A stretch of 64,000 nt of DNA from Antedon mediterranea (lineage: Eukaryota; Animalia; Echinodermata), in contig NC_092674.1 in NCBI RefSeq assembly GCF_964355755.1, forward strand, positions 7,006,001-7,070,000. Direction: 5' to 3'. The notes beneath the pieces were generated by a model. The model saw only the letters and a program-made list of their open reading frames with translations. It did not search any database and had not been told where the DNA came from. The position numbers and the translations under genes are program-made. Positions 57,797-64,000 of this stretch are shown piece after piece. Numbering within the stretch: position 1 is the first letter of the stretch; every line of letters starts with the position of its first letter.

Positions 57797-59837
57797 TAAT
57801 TGGTCTGTCCGGTTGGTTGGTTCCCTTTTAATTGGTTACGGTAAGTTGGTTGGTCAGTGGGTCTGTTTTGAGGTTGAAAAATCGGGTATGTGTCATGCTA
57901 TTGCAACAAGCTAGAGATGTATAAATAAAAATCTAAAATATGTTATGTTATGTGAGAAACAAGTAGCAATAGAAAATAACACAATATAGCAAAGCATAAA
58001 TAAGCCTAAACACTAAATAAATATGAAGTTGAAGTAATTTCGTTATTGTAATTATTGTTTTTGTTTTCATTTATTTCAACTTTACCTCACCCATGCAGGC
58101 CCAGATCAAATCATGGTTCTTTACTGTGTTTGTACATACAACTACACATATAATTTTAGCAATGAACATAATTACATACAATTTAATAAGTGGTTTTGAA
58201 TTCGTCGTATGTCTGCATACTTATGGTTCCATTCAAATGTACCTTTATGACATATGACTGCTTTTGATAGCAGGTTGACTGCATCAGCACTCCCCGTAGA
58301 GTTCGCAGATCAGATCAAGTTCATAATAAAATCTCTCTTTTATCAACTCTTTAAGAACCTATACAAAAAGAGTTTGAGTTTAAGCAAAGCACTCGAATTG
58401 TTCGGTAAATCCCTAGGCGCTGTCGATGTATTTGCTTAGCGGTTATTTGGTCACTAAACCCCGTGTATACACCGTATTTCTTCAGGGAATTGCTCCTTCA
58501 TGCCCCTTAACGATTGTTTACCCATCAGATGGGGCGTGTTGCTCTATCGGATTGGTTTTCAAAGCTAATTTGTAATAAAAACATAGTTCCGATTTTAGAT
58601 TGATAAATAAGTCGAGTGTAATTTTCTATTACCAATATATTTTCAATATTTTCGTATTGTCCCCAACACATTTTGCGGTTTAAATACAGTTATTCACTAA
58701 CGGAGATAATGATTTAATATTAAATTTAACCAAAAATCCATTGTCTGACAGACTATTTGACTTTTCTTTGTTTTAATTACTGTTTAGGCCTAGTTAATAA
58801 TTTTTTATCCGCTTTTGGTCAAATTGAATAACTTATTAATTGTGCTTCATTAAAATGGAAAATTCAACAAACTAATTGAACAAACGGACAATGAACTGTA
58901 TATCTTTAATAAATAGCCTATTATATATTTCTATATTGGTAATTATTTTCCTTTTAGGCCTATACAATGGAAAATATTTCTCAAATGTGAAGTGTCCCGG
59001 TACCTCTTGAACTGCCGGTAAAGTTTTTCACGGTACGAGTGGGTATTATCCCTGGACAGGTCAAAGATAATATTCATTGTCAGCCTAATCTAAACTATTT
59101 TCACTAACGCCCGTTCAGTTAATTTCCAGAAAAAAAATATATACAATGTACTAATTTCAGGAAAAGATTGCCAATTTGATTAATTTGTTGTAGAATGCGG
59201 TTGACCAACAATTACACCAATTCATTGATATTAAACCCCACCAATTGTCGTAATTAGGTCCCGGATCCACTTAACCGAAATATGAGTAGGCACTGCACTA
59301 ATTATACCCAATTAACCTTTGAAGAGGACGCTCTAACACCGTCATTACATTTTATAATTGTCGAATCATCATTTACAATTGTTTTTTTCAATAATTGTTT
59401 TGTTCAATTAGTTTTTAAAATTATGAATAACAAGAATATTAGGAAGAGGCATGTGCTTCGTTTAGGACCGTAGCGGGTGTTTTTATTCCATGACGTTGCA
59501 TAGTCAAATTGAGACATTTATTTTTATACCTTCTCATGAACAAAAATTAAAATTATTAAAAATGATATAAATACAATGTTAACATTATAGTAAATTCTTG
59601 ACATTGTGAATAATTTAGCCGAATTAATAATAATATATTGATAAAAACCTCGAAATTTCAAAAGATAAAAGGTTAATATATATATTTTGAATAAAATGTT
59701 TTGGTTTAATAAACTAAACACTTTGTTTTGACTTTGTAATTAGCAAGAATAGAATTTACGTCATTTGTAAAAGTACTGTGCAACTTTAGTACGCTCCAGT
59801 AATTCCTATCTTGTCGGGATGCACAACTCGCAATTTG

Positions 59838-59898
59838 ATTGGCCATTGTGTTAGCTCCGCCTTCCATCGTCACTAACAGCAACGAGAATAAGTATAAA
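59838..59898 (+). promoter_or_regulatory. Putative FAM181 core promoter: reverse CCAAT (ATTGG 59838) and TATA (TATAAA 59893)
   Basis: Typical CCAAT-TATA spacing about 210 bp upstream of the ATG. An acceptor-like tttttattattgcag ending at 60004 suggests a 5' UTR intron, so the real start site could lie elsewhere. Confidence 0.4.
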
Positions 59899-60108
59899 GT
59901 TTTGGTGATATTATTACTATCAAGTAGTGTCAAGTTTTCCATTGCATCGTGAAGGTGTGTAGAAAGTTGATCTAGTCAAAATACAACCCGTTTTATTATT
60001 GCAGTTTGATAACTCTTGCAAAAGGATATATTCTTGCTTATTTTTAAACCGTGGTTTATTGTATTTTGGATCTAAGGTTTTTCTTCTTGATTGTACACTT
60101 GTCCTGAG

Positions 60109-61164
60109 ATGGTTCAGTGCGGGAGTATGTCTGGCTTAACTTCAAATCAGTACGGAGGTCTTCTCCATACAGCAACGATTGAAACGTGCAATCTCCTGAA
60201 CTTTGTTGATATGGCTTCAAGTAACATCAAACTTGCTTTAGATCGACCAATCAAATCAAAACGCAAAGTGAATCATCGTAAGTACTTGCAGAAACAAATA
60301 AAACGATGTGCGCAACTATCTAACAATTTTCAAACTCTTAGTGAGAGAAAAGACTCTTCAAAATGTGAACCCGAACAGCCAGCATCAAAGATTGTTAAGA
60401 AAACTTTTCACAGACGAGATACAACGCAAGCTGGCTTACAGAACAAATCTCTTTCGGATTTATTTGATGTGAGACAAGTCAAGAAAGCAATCGACGGACG
60501 TCAGAAAAAGTTGGCAAACATTTCAAAGGTTCCTCTCAGAGAAAGAAAACTACCATCATCGTTTTTCACTGAGCCCGCTCAGCAAGAATTACAGCAACCG
60601 TTTCCAATGGATCAGATTAATCATCGAAATCTTCCAGATTTAGGAATCAGTGAAGGATTAGATTGGTTAGATAATCCTACCGATTTAAGTGAGATTATCG
60701 GAAACTGGGAAGATGAGCTTCCACAGACGGATGCCAATTCAATTGGAGATTCCTGCAGCAGTGTAAGTGTGGCCTCACCTGCTTCTTCTGAACAATTCCT
60801 CGATGATATGTCGTGGCCTAACATGTATCAGGATTCAACGCCAAACTTTACACGACCTCAGTATTTTGAGGAGTTTAGACATTTGCGGGAAGAGCAAGAA
60901 ATGACTGTAATTTCTCCAACTGTTCCAATCATCAATCAACCATCGCATACGTCATACCTGCAATGCGCAGAAGGAATAATCCCTCATATTATTGACACTA
61001 TAGATGATATTTGCAATTCTTTTAATAGTCCTTCTGTTCAGCAACAGAATATGTACTCTGTGACCAACAACGGAACTCTTCCAGGTTTTCCGCAAGCCTT
61101 TGCAAATAAATTCCAACCAGAATGGTACCACGAACAATCATCGAACTCTTATGCTGTTCTATAG
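60109..61164 (+). CDS. FAM181: FAM181 family protein (TEAD-interacting nuclear protein), single coding exon
   Basis: Signature [48 protein letters not shown] helix and [16 protein letters not shown] omega-loop. First ATG is at 60109 (alternative 60127); the ORF track starts at TTG 60091. Confidence 0.95.
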   Translation: MVQCGSMSGLTSNQYGGLLHTATIETCNLLNFVDMASSNIKLALDRPIKSKRKVNHRKYLQKQIKRCAQLSNNFQTLSERKDSSKCEPEQPASKIVKKTFHRRDTTQAGLQNKSLSDLFDVRQVKKAIDGRQKKLANISKVPLRERKLPSSFFTEPAQQELQQPFPMDQINHRNLPDLGISEGLDWLDNPTDLSEIIGNWEDELPQTDANSIGDSCSSVSVASPASSEQFLDDMSWPNMYQDSTPNFTRPQYFEEFRHLREEQEMTVISPTVPIINQPSHTSYLQCAEGIIPHIIDTIDDICNSFNSPSVQQQNMYSVTNNGTLPGFPQAFANKFQPEWYHEQSSNSYAVL

Positions 61165-61244
61165 TTAGCAGATAAATACAAAATTATTATATTAATAATT
61201 ATTATAACATTTTCAATTTATATAATAGTCTTTCTCTTCATTAG

Positions 61245-61410
61245 CAAAGTATGTCAGCAACAACGGAACTCTTCTAGGGTTTCCGCAAGCTTTTGCAAAC
61301 AAATTCCAGCCGGAATGGTAAAACTATAAATCTTCAAACTCTTATTATTTTCTTCAGTTATCAGCATATAACTACATACTTTTTTACGTCTTATAATGAC
61401 ATTTCTAATA
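61245..61410 (+). repeat. Diverged tandem duplicate of the FAM181 C-terminal codons and proximal 3' UTR
   Basis: CAACAACGGAACTCTT...GAATGGTA matches 61066-61128 at an offset of about 192 bp; weaker similarity continues past the stop. Confidence 0.85.
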
Positions 61411-62194
61411 TTTCATTTTTATGTTTATCTTTAACCTTCTGATAACCGTGATGTTGATTTTCAATCATGATTAGAAAATGTTATCTAAATTTGTATTTAA
61501 AATTCATTCTAATCTTACTTTCTTGCAATCAAAGTAGACGCAATTTATATTTATAAGTAATTATTCTATGTACTGTAATTGAATTAATTGACAACAATAC
61601 CTGTTGTAGAACTATTACAAAGTCAACAAAGCATAGTATAAATCCAGTGGAAGTAATTTAAATTCAACGAATTTATATTCTTTTCATAATTTGACCTTTG
61701 TTTGAGCCCATAACAAAAGTGCAAGATTAACATGTTTAAATTCATAAACACTATAGGTAAAATTTAGAAAGATATCTTAGTCGCATTCCACTAACTCTCT
61801 TTTTTGCAATTACTGCCATTCGCGCTAAGAGAGGCAAAATAGGTTGGACTAATTTGATGAATCACATCGTCGTCGTTTATGATTGGTCAATTTACTTTGC
61901 GCGCACGTCTTTGCTTTGCGTCCAATCTTTTTAGAAAACTTATACTGTTTTTGACTAGGCTAATTATCAAACAATTAACCGATATTTATTATATAACACT
62001 GGAATTAGTTTCCATCTGTTAATATACCTTGATGATAATTCTTTTAATAAGAATTTGAATTTTATATTTGTTTCTTGATTTATTGATTTAAAGTATAAAG
62101 AAAGGAAACAAAACAAATCATTTTATGTTGTATATATTTTATATAAGATATTATAACAGCTGCTGGCGGCTATCATGTATTACAATTGTTATAT

Positions 62195-62200
62195 AATAAA
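62195..62200 (+). terminator. Probable FAM181 polyadenylation signal
   Basis: AATAAA followed by a GT/T-rich tract (tgtgtaactttctgtccttttt) about 1 kb after the stop. Confidence 0.4.
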
Positions 62201-62720
62201 CAGCATTTTAATGTGTAACTTTCTGTCCTTTTTTATCTTTTTAATGTTGATGTTTGTGATGAAAATGGTTTTATGGTAGGACCTTAAAACAATAAAGGTC
62301 TGTTTATACGGACGATAACGATCGATGATTCCCGCAGAAAACAAATGAAATCGAAACAGTTTTCATCCTAGAACTATAGAATAACCCTTTATGATGTCTT
62401 GGTGAAAATATTACAATTTAAAATCTAATTAAATGACGTCATGATCAAGAATATCGTTTTTGTCACGATTTATTGTCAAATAATTTTAACGACAATTTTA
62501 AATGGAGTGATGAGTATTTGAACAGAAAGAGTTTGGAATTTTGTGGTGTGTATGAAAGTTGTTTTTTCGGAAAATAAAGTTTGTTTATAGGCAATAAGCA
62601 ACCTTTAAGTAATTCTCTTTCAGTTATTTTAGCGACTTTTTATAGATGAGTTTTTATTGAATAGACACAAAAATGTTTTAAGTATCAATTTTGTCGAATA
62701 GTAAACGTTAATTAAGCTCA

Positions 62721-62957
62721 AAGCTTTGGTTCCCAATTAGAAAAAAATCATGCAACGTAAAATACTATTTTATCAATTTTGCATGCAACCTCATCATTGT
62801 TGCGACGTAACGTAAAGCAGAAAACGGTGTTGAATACACGCATACGATACCGTTCTTTCGTCGTCTGTTCCCACCCACAAGGTTATATTCTTTGGAACTT
62901 TGCGTCGACACAGTGTGTCTAACGTCCTTGCGTTGCGTCCTAGTGGGAACCAAGCTT
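62721..62957. mobile_element. MITE family B-related element
   Basis: aaagctttggttccca...tagtgggaaccaagcttt inverted ends shared with 48172-48291. Confidence 0.65.
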
Positions 62958-64000
62958 TAACGTTCGAATTATGCCGTTAACTAAATAAGAAAACTGGAAA
63001 ACATTAATCAAATTCCCCAATCGAATACATGTAAACAAATAACGATTTATTCCGTACGTTTAAAGTGTTAATAATCTCACACTTAATTGCATCCTTTTTT
63101 GGTTTTATTTGTATTTTCTCTTAATATCCGAAGGTTGAAATCAAAACAAGAAATGAGACATGACACCTCAAGACATGAAAACCGCTAAATCTTTTTTTTT
63201 TAACCGTTAAACCATCTGAACACGAACCAATCTGTCTAACTTGTTTGTTTCTAAACGTTTAGAGGTCATGCCATATTGAATTAGACAGTTTTAAAGAAGA
63301 TTTTACCTGAGCTAATATTGACTAAAACGTGATCCCAAGAGCCAATGTGTACACACGAATGAGTTTATATTACCTTTAAGATTTATCTAGTTCAAATATT
63401 ACTTCTTCTTTGGACAGTTAATTGGTACAATGGATCAGGTGTATGTTAAATAGATAGATAATACAGAAGTACGTTATTTAATGTCATCTTTAAAGATGTA
63501 TCCCCCCCCCCCCATAAAAAAGACATGAACAATTAATAAAATCAGACATTAAATAGGCAATTTTGCAGTTTAAATAAAGTTATTCACTTCTGTACAAAAA
63601 AATTCACTCCTAAAAAGATAAAAGAAACGGTTAATTTTGACCAACAACTATTGTCTGACAGACAGTTTTTTTGCTTTAAATTACATATCTTTAGGTAAAT
63701 CTTCTTTTTTTCGATCCAGTTTTTGGTCAAAGTGAAAAACTATTACGTGACATCAACAAAATTGGTGTGGTGTGGGGGAGGGGGGGGGGGTGGATAAGTA
63801 TACTCATCTCGATAGATTTTCTCTATCCCCACTTGGATGTCGCTTGAGCCGGTTTTCTTAAAATCAACAGATTTCACAATTTAGCCCTGACCAAAATTCC
63901 CATGATATCGAAACTTCCACGATTTAGTTGAGTTAATGTTACGACACTGGCTATGGTGTATTGTGCCCAAGTTTGGCCCTTCTACACCCCTCCCGACCAC

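Noticed and set aside
60091-60108. TTG start for FAM181 given by the ORF track
   Set aside because: A eukaryotic gene with an in-frame ATG at 60109.
63775-63793. G-quadruplex or regulatory G-run
   Set aside because: A simple homopolymer run, with a C-run near 63502 inside a degenerate MITE; nothing else supports a function.

Overview
AT-rich animal genomic DNA; the gene content and repeat landscape suggest an invertebrate, possibly a deuterostome, but the taxon cannot be fixed from this window. Two protein-coding genes are supported, both on the + strand. (1) A FRMPD1/3/4 (Preso)-family scaffold gene: WW, PDZ, FERM, a long disordered Pro/Ser-rich region and a C-terminal helical bundle. I reconstructed 15 phase-consistent GT-AG exons from 13567 to the stop at 43362, plus two alternative candidate first coding exons (1238-1341, 7795-7835); the product is about 1861 aa with the 7795 exon. 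(2) A single-coding-exon FAM181 gene (about 60109-61164) with a TEAD-binding helix and omega-loop. Introns and intergenic DNA are full of MITEs, tRNA-derived SINEs, LINE 3' remnants, one 2.35-kb CACTA-like element and several tandem arrays. The 979/990-aa and 327-aa ORFs are satellite artefacts. I found no clear new multi-gene system. The best leads are a complete tRNA cloverleaf with an ATC anticodon inside an inverted-repeat cassette, three tandem arrays seeded from one MITE family inside the FRMPD gene, and a duplicate of the FAM181 C-terminus that diverged almost only at third codon positions. All coordinates were read by hand, and family comparisons are from memory rather than database searches.
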